DNA of 63,111 nucleotides from Candidatus Wolfebacteria bacterium. GTDB taxonomy: Bacteria; Patescibacteriota; Minisyncoccia; UBA6257; UBA9933. The DNA is taken from NCBI GenBank assembly GCA_016214005.1, contig JACRPK010000007.1, forward strand, positions 1 through 63,111, given 5' to 3'. Shown one piece after another: positions 1-8,785 of the stretch (position 1 is the first letter of the stretch; each line of letters opens with the position of its first letter). The position numbers and the translations under genes were made by a program. The notes beneath the pieces are model-generated. The model ran no database searches and was not told where the DNA came from. It worked only from the letters and a program-made list of their open reading frames with translations.

Positions 1-137
1 AAATAAGGCCTCATGAGTCGCTGAATTATTTGACTCCCGAAGCCTATTATCGCAAATGGCAAACTGGTCGATTGCCGACAAAAGATGTTATTAGTCTACA
101 AACCTAAGTGGTCAATATCTATATGGACCTGGACATA
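1..137 (+). mobile_element. Partial IS element (3' end of the transposase gene plus the terminal repeat). It is the exact reverse complement of 62971..63107.
   Basis: Positions 1-137 are the perfect reverse complement of 62971-63107. Identity stops at 137/62971. The sequence ends ...CCTGGACA, consistent with a TG...CA-type IS terminus. Confidence 0.8.
3..107 (+). CDS. Transposase C-terminal fragment (rve/DDE integrase-type, IS3-like); the 5' part lies outside the window
   Basis: Frame 3 reads IRPHESLNYLTPEAYYRKWQTGRLPTKDVISLQT-stop. The RPHxSLxYxTP motif is typical of rve-domain transposase C-termini. Confidence 0.65.
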   Translation: MRPHESLNYLTPEAYYRKWQTGRLPTKDVISLQT

Positions 138-158
138 ATAATAAGATAAAATAAATCA

Positions 159-749
159 ATGTTTTATTCTATCTCCGGAAAACTTGTGGCGAAAAATCGT
201 AATTTTGCGGCTGTGGAAGTGAGCGGTATTGGCTTTAAAATATCAATTTCCGAAAAAACGCTTCATAAATTGCCCCAAATAGGCCAAGCGGTTTATTTTT
301 TTTGTTATACCAGCATTCGGCAGGATGGAGTGGAAATTTACGGATTTTTAGATGAAAGCGAGTTGGAAATTTTTGAGCTTTTACTTTCTATAAACGGAAT
401 CGGTCCGAAAGCTGGATTGAAAATTCTTGAAATTTCAAAGATTGAAAGCCTTTTGGCGGCTATTAAAAGCGGCAGGAGCGATTTGCTTGAAAAAGCGGCT
501 GGCATTGGAGCAAAAAAGGCTCAAAGGATTGTCTTGGAGCTGAAGGATAAAATTAGCCAGCTCAAAGGCAGTCAATTTAAAAATGGCGAAGAAGTTGAGT
601 TGATGGACGCGGATAGCGATATTGAAAGAGCCTTAAAAAGCATCGGCTATAAGCAAAATGAGATTAAAGACGCGGTTGGCAATATTCCTTCAAAAATAAA
701 AGATCCTAACGAGCGGCTTAAATTCGCTTTAAAATTTTTGTCTAAGTAA
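159..749 (+). CDS. ruvA: Holliday junction DNA helicase subunit RuvA
   Basis: 196 aa. N-terminal OB-fold-like MFYSISGKL...VEVSGIGFKI, and two HhH motifs (INGIGPKAGLKILE, AAGIGAKKAQRIVLELK). Confidence 0.9.
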   Translation: MFYSISGKLVAKNRNFAAVEVSGIGFKISISEKTLHKLPQIGQAVYFFCYTSIRQDGVEIYGFLDESELEIFELLLSINGIGPKAGLKILEISKIESLLAAIKSGRSDLLEKAAGIGAKKAQRIVLELKDKISQLKGSQFKNGEEVELMDADSDIERALKSIGYKQNEIKDAVGNIPSKIKDPNERLKFALKFLSK

Positions 750-780
750 TTTTAGATTATAAATTATTAATATAGACATT

Positions 781-2022
781 ATGAAAAAAATATTTCTATT
801 TTCTATTTTCTATTTTCTATTTTCTGTTCCAGTTTTTGCCGCTAGTCCACAGGAACTTAAAGATGCGATTGATAAAAAAAATTCCGAGCTTCAAAAAGTT
901 AATTTTCAAATTCAGGAAATCCAGGATAATCTTGAAGGCGTTAAAAAAGAAGGCCAAACCCTTAAAAAAGAAGTAGTTAAAATTGACTCTCAAGTCAAGC
1001 AATTGAATTTAGGCATTAAATCTAGCGAAATTACGATTGAAAAATTAGGATTGGAAGTTGAGGATTTGCAATATAAAATTTCAGACTCCGAAGATCAAAT
1101 AATTAAAAAAAGAAAAGGCATTGCCGAAATTTTGAAATTAATTCAGTCAAAAGACAGAGAAAATATATTAGTAATGCTTTTAAAAAATGAAACTTTGGCG
1201 CAAAGTGTTTTGGACTCTCAAAATTTGGATAATTTAAATTTTCAATTGAGCAATGGGATTTTGGAACTTCAATCGTTGAGGGGAGAATTGAATAATAAAC
1301 TAGACGAATCTTCAACAAAGAAGAAATTAAAAGAGTCCGAGAGTTTTAATTTAAAAAGCAGAAAATCAATTGCCGAAGATTTAAAGAAAAATAAAGAAAC
1401 GCTTTTGGTTCAAACTAAAAATCAGGAAAAAAATTATCAAAATCAATTGAGCGAATTGGAAAAACAGCAATTGGAAATATCGGATGAAATCAGCAAATTT
1501 GAAGACGAACTTCGCCGCACTTTTGATATAAGCCTTTTACCCATTAAGCGACCCGGAGTTTTCTCTTGGCCGATTAAACTTATCAAAGACGGCGGTATCG
1601 GGCGTATAACCCAGCATCAAGGAGAAGTTTCTTATCTTTATAAAGGCAAGCCTCATAATGGACTTGATATCGGCGCGCCGATTGGCACGCCGGTTTATGC
1701 GGCTGAAGACGGGAAAGTTGAAGCGGTTGATAATAATGACAGAAGCTATTACAGAAAATATCAATATGGGAAATACGTTTTTATTAAACATAACAATAAT
1801 ATGAGCACGCTTTACGCCCATCTTTCAAAACAGGTTGCGCGGGTCGGAGATATTGTTAAAAGAGGGGATTTAATCGGCTATTCTGGGAATACGGGATATT
1901 CTACTGGTGCTCATCTTCATTTTGGAGTTTATTGGTCGGCAAGCGTTGTGATGAAATCTGTTTCTCCGGCGCTCGGGCTGGTGCCAATTGGTGTGATTAT
2001 CAATCCGGAAGATTATTTATAG
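781..2022 (+). CDS. M23 family metallopeptidase (EnvC/LytM-like: signal peptide, long coiled coil, C-terminal LytM domain)
   Basis: Hydrophobic N-terminus followed by a K/E/Q-rich coiled coil. The C-terminus carries HNGLDIGAPIGTPVYAAEDGKV and GNTGYSTGAHLHFGVY. Confidence 0.85.
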   Translation: MKKIFLFSIFYFLFSVPVFAASPQELKDAIDKKNSELQKVNFQIQEIQDNLEGVKKEGQTLKKEVVKIDSQVKQLNLGIKSSEITIEKLGLEVEDLQYKISDSEDQIIKKRKGIAEILKLIQSKDRENILVMLLKNETLAQSVLDSQNLDNLNFQLSNGILELQSLRGELNNKLDESSTKKKLKESESFNLKSRKSIAEDLKKNKETLLVQTKNQEKNYQNQLSELEKQQLEISDEISKFEDELRRTFDISLLPIKRPGVFSWPIKLIKDGGIGRITQHQGEVSYLYKGKPHNGLDIGAPIGTPVYAAEDGKVEAVDNNDRSYYRKYQYGKYVFIKHNNNMSTLYAHLSKQVARVGDIVKRGDLIGYSGNTGYSTGAHLHFGVYWSASVVMKSVSPALGLVPIGVIINPEDYL

Positions 2023-2045
2023 AGTAATCGCGAATAATGCGAATT
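2021..2045. repeat. 25-nt motif AGAGTAATCGCGAATAATGCGAATT, identical to 52300..52324; a related copy is at 41206..41230
   Basis: Direct string comparison gives a 25/25 match. Confidence 0.9.
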
Positions 2046-2064
2046 AAGCGCAAATATACGAATT

Positions 2065-3390
2065 ATGGAAAAGATATTAAATTTAATTAAGAAAGCAACC
2101 CCTTCTTATATTTTCGAGTTTTTTCAGCCAATTTACCATTATTTAATGGCTTTATCAGCAGCAGTTTTTTATGGTTTTCCATCGCGGAAAATGATTGTTA
2201 TTGGCGTTATCGGAACAAAAGGAAAAACAACAACCTGCAATTTAATCGCCCAGATTTTAAATTTTAGCGGGCATAAAACAGGCATGGCGACAACGGTTAA
2301 TTTTAGAATCGGCAATAAAGAGTGGAAAAATGAAACAAAACAAACAATGCTTGGCAGATTCAAATTGCAAAAGCTTTTAAGACAAATGGTTGATGAAGAA
2401 TGTGAATATGCGGTAGTGGAAACTTCGTCAGAGGGAATTTTGCAATATAGGCATCGTTTTATTGATTATGATGTCGCGGTTTTTACGAATTTATCTCCGG
2501 AACATATTGAGCGACACGGGGGATTTGAAAATTATCGCAATGCGAAAGTAAAATTATTTGAAAAAGTAGTTCGTAAAAAAAACGGAATAGGCATTTATAA
2601 TTTAGACGATGAAAATGTCGGATATTTTTTAAAACCGGATATTAAAAATAAATATGGATATGGGATTAAATTTCTAACTTCCCATGCCTACCGGCAGGCA
2701 GGCAATTTTCAATTTCCAAAAAAATTGAAAATTTCAAATATTAGTCTTTTCCCTGATAAAACCGAATTTGAATTTAATAATGAAAATTTCAGAATGTCTT
2801 TAATCGGGGAATTCAATGTTTATAATGCCGCAGCCGCGATCTGCGCGGCGCTATCGCAAGGAATTTCAATTGCCAAAATTAAAACCGCTTTGATAAAAGC
2901 AAGGGCGCCTTTTGGCCGAATGGAAATAATAAAATCTAAAGATTTTAATATTATTGTTGACTATGCCCATGAGCCGGCGAGCTTAGAGGCAGTATATAAA
3001 ACAATCAAAAATTCTGGATTAATGAATAAAAATTCAAAAATGATATGTTTGCTTGGGGCGCAGGGCGGAGGCAGAGATAAATGGAAGCGTCCGGAAATGG
3101 GTAAAATCGCAGATCAGTATTGCGATAAAATTATTTTAACCAATGAAGATCCTTATGATGAAAATCCAAGCCAGATTTTATCAGATATAAAATCTGGAAT
3201 TAAAAAATCAGAAAATTTATATGAGATTGTGGATAGAAAAGAAGCTATTAAAAAAGCGCTTTCATTGGCAAAAAGCGGCGATGCAGTTGTTTTAACTGGC
3301 AAGGGGGGCGAAAGTTCAATGTGTGTTGAAAATAATAAAAAAATTCCGTGGAACGAAAGCGAAATAGTTAAGGTTTTATTAAATAAATAA
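2065..3390 (+). CDS. murE: Mur ligase family protein, MurE-like (UDP-MurNAc-tripeptide synthetase)
   Basis: P-loop GVIGTKGKTTT, DYAHEP motif, and the C-terminal Mur ligase domain (GAQGGGRDKWKRPEMG). The precise amino-acid specificity cannot be read from the sequence. Confidence 0.7.
   Translation: MEKILNLIKKATPSYIFEFFQPIYHYLMALSAAVFYGFPSRKMIVIGVIGTKGKTTTCNLIAQILNFSGHKTGMATTVNFRIGNKEWKNETKQTMLGRFKLQKLLRQMVDEECEYAVVETSSEGILQYRHRFIDYDVAVFTNLSPEHIERHGGFENYRNAKVKLFEKVVRKKNGIGIYNLDDENVGYFLKPDIKNKYGYGIKFLTSHAYRQAGNFQFPKKLKISNISLFPDKTEFEFNNENFRMSLIGEFNVYNAAAAICAALSQGISIAKIKTALIKARAPFGRMEIIKSKDFNIIVDYAHEPASLEAVYKTIKNSGLMNKNSKMICLLGAQGGGRDKWKRPEMGKIADQYCDKIILTNEDPYDENPSQILSDIKSGIKKSENLYEIVDRKEAIKKALSLAKSGDAVVLTGKGGESSMCVENNKKIPWNESEIVKVLLNK
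2683..2702. repeat. Degenerate copy of the GC-rich palindrome family (CATGCCTACCGGCAGGCAGG) inside the murE-like CDS
   Basis: 18/20 match to CCTGCCTGCCGGCAGGCAGG. It encodes HAYRQAG in frame. Confidence 0.8.
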
Positions 3391-3463
3391 TAAATTTGAC
3401 ATATAATAATTTATTTGGTATGTTATAAATAGTAAATTGATAATAATATATGGCAGGAGGTGT

Positions 3464-4102
3464 ATGATGGTTGTTAAAATACCGTCAAAATCAACGCTTG
3501 ATATTTATGATATCGGCAATGGTATCAATATATTGGGGGTTGATGCCGCTAAAAAAATTAGCGGGGGAATAATATTTCCAGATTCTTTTAGCCAAAATGT
3601 CCCATTTTCAAAAGATACTTTAAGGGCCTATAAAGGTACGCATATTTTATTCGCTTACCCTGGATTATCAGTGAATGAAATATGTTCTCTGGTTTCTAGT
3701 TATAAAGGGTTAGGCGGAGAGCCGCTATTTGCTTGGCAAAAGTGGTTTCGCAAAGAACAATTTGCTGATAAAAAAGAAAAACCCGGATGGTATTTATTGC
3801 AGAAATTTCATATTCCACTTTCTGTTAATAAATCTTTCATTCAACAGAAGAAAATTGTTTCTGGTGATTCTGATATACCAAGCGCTTGTTTATTATTTTA
3901 TGCGATGGTGGCATATTTTTTTCAAACTTCAAGAAGGTTATTCCAAAATATTTACGCGCAGTCTTCGGATTTTGATGATTCCGGCAAGTTGCGCATTTGT
4001 ATTGGATTTTTTGGAGAAAATGGGCCAGCCATAAGTTTTTTTTGGGATGAGTGGAAAAGTAATTTTATCGGTATAGCGCCGGTTATTAAACAGATTTTTT
4101 AG
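3464..4102 (+). CDS. Hypothetical protein (212 aa from the ATG that follows GGCAGGAGGTGT)
   Basis: Long ORF with an SD-like GGAGG 4 nt upstream of ATGATG at 3464, and a TTGACA promoter-like box at 3397. No family recognised. Confidence 0.5.
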   Translation: MMVVKIPSKSTLDIYDIGNGINILGVDAAKKISGGIIFPDSFSQNVPFSKDTLRAYKGTHILFAYPGLSVNEICSLVSSYKGLGGEPLFAWQKWFRKEQFADKKEKPGWYLLQKFHIPLSVNKSFIQQKKIVSGDSDIPSACLLFYAMVAYFFQTSRRLFQNIYAQSSDFDDSGKLRICIGFFGENGPAISFFWDEWKSNFIGIAPVIKQIF

Positions 4103-4114
4103 AAAGGAGATATT

Positions 4115-4732
4115 ATGGGGAAAATGGCGTTGCCTTCTTTTGGTAGTGGAATCGATCAAAGGGAAGAAAAAAAGGAAAAAAAAATAAAAGAGGAACAAGC
4201 GGAAAAAAGGAAAGAAGAGTTTAGTGAAGAGTTAACAAAAGCAATGGCAGATGCAGAAGCAAAAGAAAAAGAAAAAGAAAAAGAAAAAGAAAAAGAAAAA
4301 GAAAGATTAGCTATAGAGGCGAGCTTAAAAACAGGATTAGACATAAGCGATGCGAGTATACTTTTGCCCAAGCGTCATAATGAAAAAGTTGGAGAGAAAA
4401 ATTTTAAACGAAAGGAAATAAAAGACGATATTTTTAGATCAGAAAGCAATAGAAATATTCTGCCAACGGTTGCATTGTTCTTATCTCCTCTTGTTTTTAT
4501 TATTTTTATTTTTTGGTTTATGAGTAATGATAAATTAAATGGAAATAATAATTTTGTTTCTTCTATCAGCAAAATTGATAAATCAATTAAAGAGGAAAAA
4601 GGAAGAGAGAATGAAGATATTTCTTGTTTAGTTGAAGGAAAATGTGGGGAAGAAAAACCCAAAGAAGAGTTTCATCAAGAATATCCTCTTGGTTATTCTA
4701 CGGAGATAATAGATAATAATTTAAATAATTAA
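4115..4732 (+). CDS. Hypothetical membrane protein with a K/E-rich N-terminal region including a (KE)7 run
   Basis: AAAGGAGA SD before the ATG. One hydrophobic helix (ILPTVALFLSPLVFIIFIFWFM). Low-complexity charged regions. Confidence 0.5.
   Translation: MGKMALPSFGSGIDQREEKKEKKIKEEQAEKRKEEFSEELTKAMADAEAKEKEKEKEKEKEKERLAIEASLKTGLDISDASILLPKRHNEKVGEKNFKRKEIKDDIFRSESNRNILPTVALFLSPLVFIIFIFWFMSNDKLNGNNNFVSSISKIDKSIKEEKGRENEDISCLVEGKCGEEKPKEEFHQEYPLGYSTEIIDNNLNN
4262..4303 (+). repeat. (GAAAAA)7 hexanucleotide repeat encoding KEKEKEKEKEKEKE
   Basis: Read directly at 4261-4305. Confidence 0.9.
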
Positions 4733-4801
4733 AATACGTTTTTAAAAACTGTTTTATTGCGTAAGCGATGGGCAGTTTTTTTATTTGTTTTAAAAAAAAT
4801 A

Positions 4802-4833
4802 GGAGGGTTAGCAATAATAATTGCTAACCCTCC
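4802..4833 (-). terminator. Rho-independent terminator for the minus-strand small-gene pair
   Basis: Perfect 13-bp stem GGAGGGTTAGCAA/TTGCTAACCCTCC with a 6-nt loop, followed on the minus strand by a T-run (plus-strand AAAAAAAAT at 4793-4801). Confidence 0.7.
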
Positions 4834-5039
4834 CTCAGGGAAGGCGACGTCAGCTTCGTTACCGTCCGACGGCGCCTTTTTCTTCCGAAGAATTCTTCTT
4901 GATTATAAAGGAATTCCTTGGAAGAAACAAATGGATTTTTGTCGCAATTGGGGCATTTATCCCCAATCATCATTCCGACAGGGAATTGGTATCCGCAGCC
5001 GGGGTGTGGACAAACAATATTGTTCATTTGCTGGACCAT
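4824..5039 (-). CDS. Small zinc-ribbon protein (CPHPGC...CPNC)
   Basis: 71 aa with two CxxC-type pairs and a basic tail. Co-oriented with, and overlapping, the upstream small ORF; the terminator lies at its end. Confidence 0.45.
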   Translation of the reverse strand: MVQQMNNIVCPHPGCGYQFPVGMMIGDKCPNCDKNPFVSSKEFLYNQEEFFGRKRRRRTVTKLTSPSLREG

Positions 5040-5269
5040 ATTGAGACATTTAGATGAATGTCATGGTGATCGCACATCTCTTTATCGTTTTTGGTAATAA
5101 AGAACTCGGGCTGGTTTTCTTGTTTTTTTATGTCCGAACAGTATTGGACTTCACCCTGTTCGATTGCCCTTGAAGTCGCAAGGGTAGTTGCCATCAGCAA
5201 CATAATCGCCATTATGGACACAGAAAAAAACATAAAGACTTTTTTCCAGTTGACTTCTATCATCTCCAT
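5024..5269 (-). CDS. Small secreted/membrane protein (81 aa)
   Basis: N-terminal hydrophobic helix FMFFSVSIMAIMLLMATTLA. It is the only sizeable ORF in this interval that is co-oriented with the terminator. Confidence 0.4.
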   Translation of the reverse strand: MEMIEVNWKKVFMFFSVSIMAIMLLMATTLATSRAIEQGEVQYCSDIKKQENQPEFFITKNDKEMCDHHDIHLNVSIWSSK

Positions 5270-5348
5270 TCAATATTCCTTTCTCTTTTTAAACTAAATT
5301 TTAAAGTTGCTTATATTTATATAGCATACTTTTTTATAAAAGTCAAGA

Positions 5349-5376
5349 TTGACAATAGGCTGACAATTTTTATAAT
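5349..5376 (+). promoter_or_regulatory. Sigma70-like promoter of the grpE-dnaK-dnaJ cluster
   Basis: TTGACA (5349-5354), 16 nt spacer, TATAAT (5371-5376), 12 nt upstream of the grpE ATG. No CIRCE-like inverted repeat was seen. Confidence 0.55.
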
Positions 5377-5387
5377 GTTCTATATTT

Positions 5388-5858
5388 ATGATAGAAGATG
5401 TTTCAAAAAATAGCAATAATGAAGAGCTTTCAAAATGTCAAAAAGAGCGGGATGAATATTTGGACGGCTGGAAAAGGGCAAAGGCTGAACTTATAAATTA
5501 TAAGAAAGACGAAAATAAGCGCTTTGAAACAATGATGAAATTTAGCAATGAAGCGCTTATCAGGGATTTGATAAATGTTTTAGACAGCTTTGATTTAGCT
5601 TTGGCAGCTTTGGAACGCGATGGCAAGGCGGAAAAAGGACTTTATTTGATTAGATCGCAAATGGAAGATATTTTAAAGGCCAGCGGTTTAGAAAGAATTA
5701 TGATTTCAGTTGGCGAGCCGTTTGATCCGTCTTTGCAGGAAGCGATTGCCAGTGTTGAATCGGATAAGCCAAGTAATATAATTGTTGAAGAAGTGGAAAG
5801 GGGATATATGCTTTATGGAAAACTTTTGAGGCCGGCAAGAGTTAAAGTGGCAAAATAA
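5388..5858 (+). CDS. grpE: Nucleotide exchange factor GrpE
   Basis: 156 aa. Coiled N-terminus, LDSFDLAL, and the C-terminal beta domain GYMLYGKLLRPARVKV. Sits directly upstream of dnaK. Confidence 0.9.
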   Translation: MIEDVSKNSNNEELSKCQKERDEYLDGWKRAKAELINYKKDENKRFETMMKFSNEALIRDLINVLDSFDLALAALERDGKAEKGLYLIRSQMEDILKASGLERIMISVGEPFDPSLQEAIASVESDKPSNIIVEEVERGYMLYGKLLRPARVKVAK

Positions 5859-5885
5859 AATAATTAATAAAATAAATTAAAAAAT

Positions 5886-7742
5886 ATGGCAAAAATATTA
5901 GGAATAGATTTGGGCACAACTAATTCAGCGATAGCTATTGTTGAAGGCGGCGAGCCGAAAATTTTAGAAAATCACGAAGGCAACAGAACTACGCCGTCGG
6001 TGGTGGCGATGAGTAAAACCAATGAAAGACTTGCCGGGCTTTTGGCTAAGCGTCAGTCGGTGGTAAACCCGAAAAATACGATTTTTTCGGTCAAAAGATT
6101 GATTGGCAGGAAATTTAGCGATGAGGAAGTTCAGCGCGATAAAGCTTGGCTTCCTTATGAAATTAAAGAATCAGCTTCTGGCGGCGTGGAAGTAAAAATG
6201 GGAGATCGCTGGTATAAGCCGGAAGAAATTTCGGCAATGGTCTTGGCAAAATTGAAAGCTGACGCTGAAGCAAAAACCGGCGAAAAAATAGAAGAGGCGG
6301 TGATTACGGTGCCGGCTTATTTTGACGATTCCCAGAGGCAGGCAACCAAAAATGCCGGCGAAATCGCCGGACTTAAAGTCCGCCGCATTATCAACGAACC
6401 GACAGCCGCGGCTTTAGCTTACGGCTTAAACCGCCAGAAAAACGAGAAAATCATTGTTTATGATTTTGGCGGCGGCACTTTTGACATTTCAATTTTGGAA
6501 GTTGGCGATGATGTGGTTGAAGTAAAAGGCACGGGAGGAGACACTCATTTGGGCGGAGATGATTTTGACAAAAAAATAATTCAGTATCTTGTCGAAGAAT
6601 ATAAAAAAACCGAAGGAATTGATATTTCTAAAGACCCGCTAGCTTTGCAAAGGCTTAAAGAAGCGGCTGAGCGCGCCAAACACGAGCTTTCAACCGCGTT
6701 TGATACGGAAATCAATTTGCCTTATATCACTTCCGACGCCAGCGGACCAAAACATTTTATTTTGAAAATGACTCGCGCTAAATTGGAAGAATTAGTGGCT
6801 GATGATATTAAACATTCAATTGATTTGACTAAAAAAGCTCTTGACGAAGTCGGACTTAAGCCAGCGGACATCAATGAAGTGGTTCTTGTCGGAGGACAAA
6901 CTAGAATGCCGGCGATCGTTGATGCGGTTAAAAAATTTTTTGGCAAAGATCCGCATAAGGGAATCAATCCGGATGAAGTGGTGGCGGCCGGAGCGGCAGT
7001 CCAGGCTGGAATCTTTCAGGGAGATGTCAAAGACATTTTACTTTTAGATGTTACCCCTCTTTCGCTCGGACTTGAAACATTTGGCGGGGTATTTACTCCT
7101 TTGATAGAAAAAAATACAACCGTGCCGACTTCAAAATCTCAAATATTTTCAACAGCGGCTGATAATCAAACTTCTGTGGAAATTCATATTCTGCAGGGAG
7201 AGCGCTCCATGGCGGCTGATAATAAAACTTTAGGCAGATTTATTTTAGACGGCATTCCGCCGGCTTCTCGCGGCATTCCGCAGGTGGAAGTTATTTTTGA
7301 TATTGACGCTAACGGAATTTTGAGCGTTTCGGCCAAAGATAAAGCAAGCGGAAAAACGCAATCCGTTCGCATTGAAGCTTCAACCCAGTTATCAAAAGAA
7401 GAAATTGAAAAATTGAAAAATGAAGCTACGGCGCACGCCGAAGAAGACAAAAAGAAAAAAGATTTGGCTGAGGCGAAGAATATTGCCGAGCAAACGCTTT
7501 ATTTGGCGGAAAAAACTTTAAGGGAAATGGGCGATAAAGTGAGCGCGGAAATTAAAGACAACGTCAATAAAAAAATAGAAGAATTAAAATCAGTGAAAGA
7601 CGGCCAGGATGTTGAGGCTGTAAAATCCAAAACATCGGAACTTTCTTTGGAGCTTCAAAAAATCGGGCAGTCAATGTATAATAAAAACGAAGGGCAGGAA
7701 GGCGGACAAAAAGATAATCAAGAACCGCAGCAGAATCCTTAG
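5886..7742 (+). CDS. dnaK: Molecular chaperone DnaK (Hsp70)
   Basis: [27 protein letters not shown]; 618 aa in full. Confidence 0.98.
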   Translation: MAKILGIDLGTTNSAIAIVEGGEPKILENHEGNRTTPSVVAMSKTNERLAGLLAKRQSVVNPKNTIFSVKRLIGRKFSDEEVQRDKAWLPYEIKESASGGVEVKMGDRWYKPEEISAMVLAKLKADAEAKTGEKIEEAVITVPAYFDDSQRQATKNAGEIAGLKVRRIINEPTAAALAYGLNRQKNEKIIVYDFGGGTFDISILEVGDDVVEVKGTGGDTHLGGDDFDKKIIQYLVEEYKKTEGIDISKDPLALQRLKEAAERAKHELSTAFDTEINLPYITSDASGPKHFILKMTRAKLEELVADDIKHSIDLTKKALDEVGLKPADINEVVLVGGQTRMPAIVDAVKKFFGKDPHKGINPDEVVAAGAAVQAGIFQGDVKDILLLDVTPLSLGLETFGGVFTPLIEKNTTVPTSKSQIFSTAADNQTSVEIHILQGERSMAADNKTLGRFILDGIPPASRGIPQVEVIFDIDANGILSVSAKDKASGKTQSVRIEASTQLSKEEIEKLKNEATAHAEEDKKKKDLAEAKNIAEQTLYLAEKTLREMGDKVSAEIKDNVNKKIEELKSVKDGQDVEAVKSKTSELSLELQKIGQSMYNKNEGQEGGQKDNQEPQQNP

Positions 7743-7747
7743 TTTTT

Positions 7748-8785
7748 ATGGCTTTAACTCTCTCAGAATTAAAAAAAGTTTCAATGGGTCCGGTTGGTAT
7801 GGAGCCGGAAAAAGACAGAACCAACATTAAGATTATTGGCTTGGCTTTTTTTGGAGTTTTATTCGCCGCTATTTTTGGCTACACATTCAAATTATTTTTA
7901 ACGCATCAGGATTTTATTTTATTTTCAAGTTTAAACTGGTCGCTGTTCGCATTTTTATTTTTTTTAATATTTTTTTTGCTGCAAATATTTTTTGTGGAAG
8001 AATTTTGGAAAGTATTTGTCGCGATTTTGATTGAATGGTTCGGATTTTTTTTGGCTTTTAATTTTGATAAAATAAAAATCTTGGCGATTCCGGATTGGAA
8101 ATTTTTAGTTGTTTTTGGAATTTCAATTTTATTGGCCTTTGTTTCTTTAAAAAAAGGAAAAGATGCCATACAAGACAGCATTAAAATCAAATTTTTTAAA
8201 ATAAATAAAGCTGTGATGCCCACGGCCATTGCCGCGATGTTTTTGTTTGTAAGCGGAGCCTATGTCTATGGGATAGATAAAAAAGATTTTGTTGTTCCTT
8301 ATTCGGATTTTCAGGCGGTTTTTTCTTCAAGCGATGTTTTTGTGGCTAAAATTTATCCGGGTTTTACTTCTTCTTGGACAATCAATGAATTGGCGAATTA
8401 TTTGGCGCAAAATCAGATTGAACAAATGCCGCAATTTGATGCCCTGTCTAAATCCGCCAAAAAGCAATTAACAGATGTTGCTGTGAAAGAATTTGAAAAA
8501 AAGGCGTCAGATTTTTTTGGAGCGCCGCTTAACGCAAAACTTAAAATATCAGAAGCGATTTATGAAATTTTAAAAAATAAATTAATGGGTTTTTCGGCCA
8601 ATGTTCAAATTTTACTTTCAATTTCTATTTTGTTGCTGATGTTTTTACTTTTGGAAAGCGTTGCTATTTTTGTCCGTTGGATAGTTTCAATTGCGGCGTT
8701 TGTTTTATATGAGATTCTTTTAGCGGCTGAATTCGCGAAAATCAGTTATGAGGGCATAAGCAAAGAGCGCATAACATTAAAATAA
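7748..8785 (+). CDS. Hypothetical polytopic membrane protein located between dnaK and dnaJ
   Basis: 345-aa ORF with several hydrophobic segments. Starts 6 nt after the dnaK stop and its end overlaps the dnaJ ATG (ATAATGG). Confidence 0.6.
   Translation: MALTLSELKKVSMGPVGMEPEKDRTNIKIIGLAFFGVLFAAIFGYTFKLFLTHQDFILFSSLNWSLFAFLFFLIFFLLQIFFVEEFWKVFVAILIEWFGFFLAFNFDKIKILAIPDWKFLVVFGISILLAFVSLKKGKDAIQDSIKIKFFKINKAVMPTAIAAMFLFVSGAYVYGIDKKDFVVPYSDFQAVFSSSDVFVAKIYPGFTSSWTINELANYLAQNQIEQMPQFDALSKSAKKQLTDVAVKEFEKKASDFFGAPLNAKLKISEAIYEILKNKLMGFSANVQILLSISILLLMFLLLESVAIFVRWIVSIAAFVLYEILLAAEFAKISYEGISKERITLK

Noticed and set aside
4757-5057. Plus-strand ORFs of 95 and 78 aa
   Set aside because: They run through the terminator hairpin and lie antisense to the zinc-ribbon mini-gene. 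Their composition (R/G/P-rich from reading the opposite strand) and the lack of an SD argue against coding.
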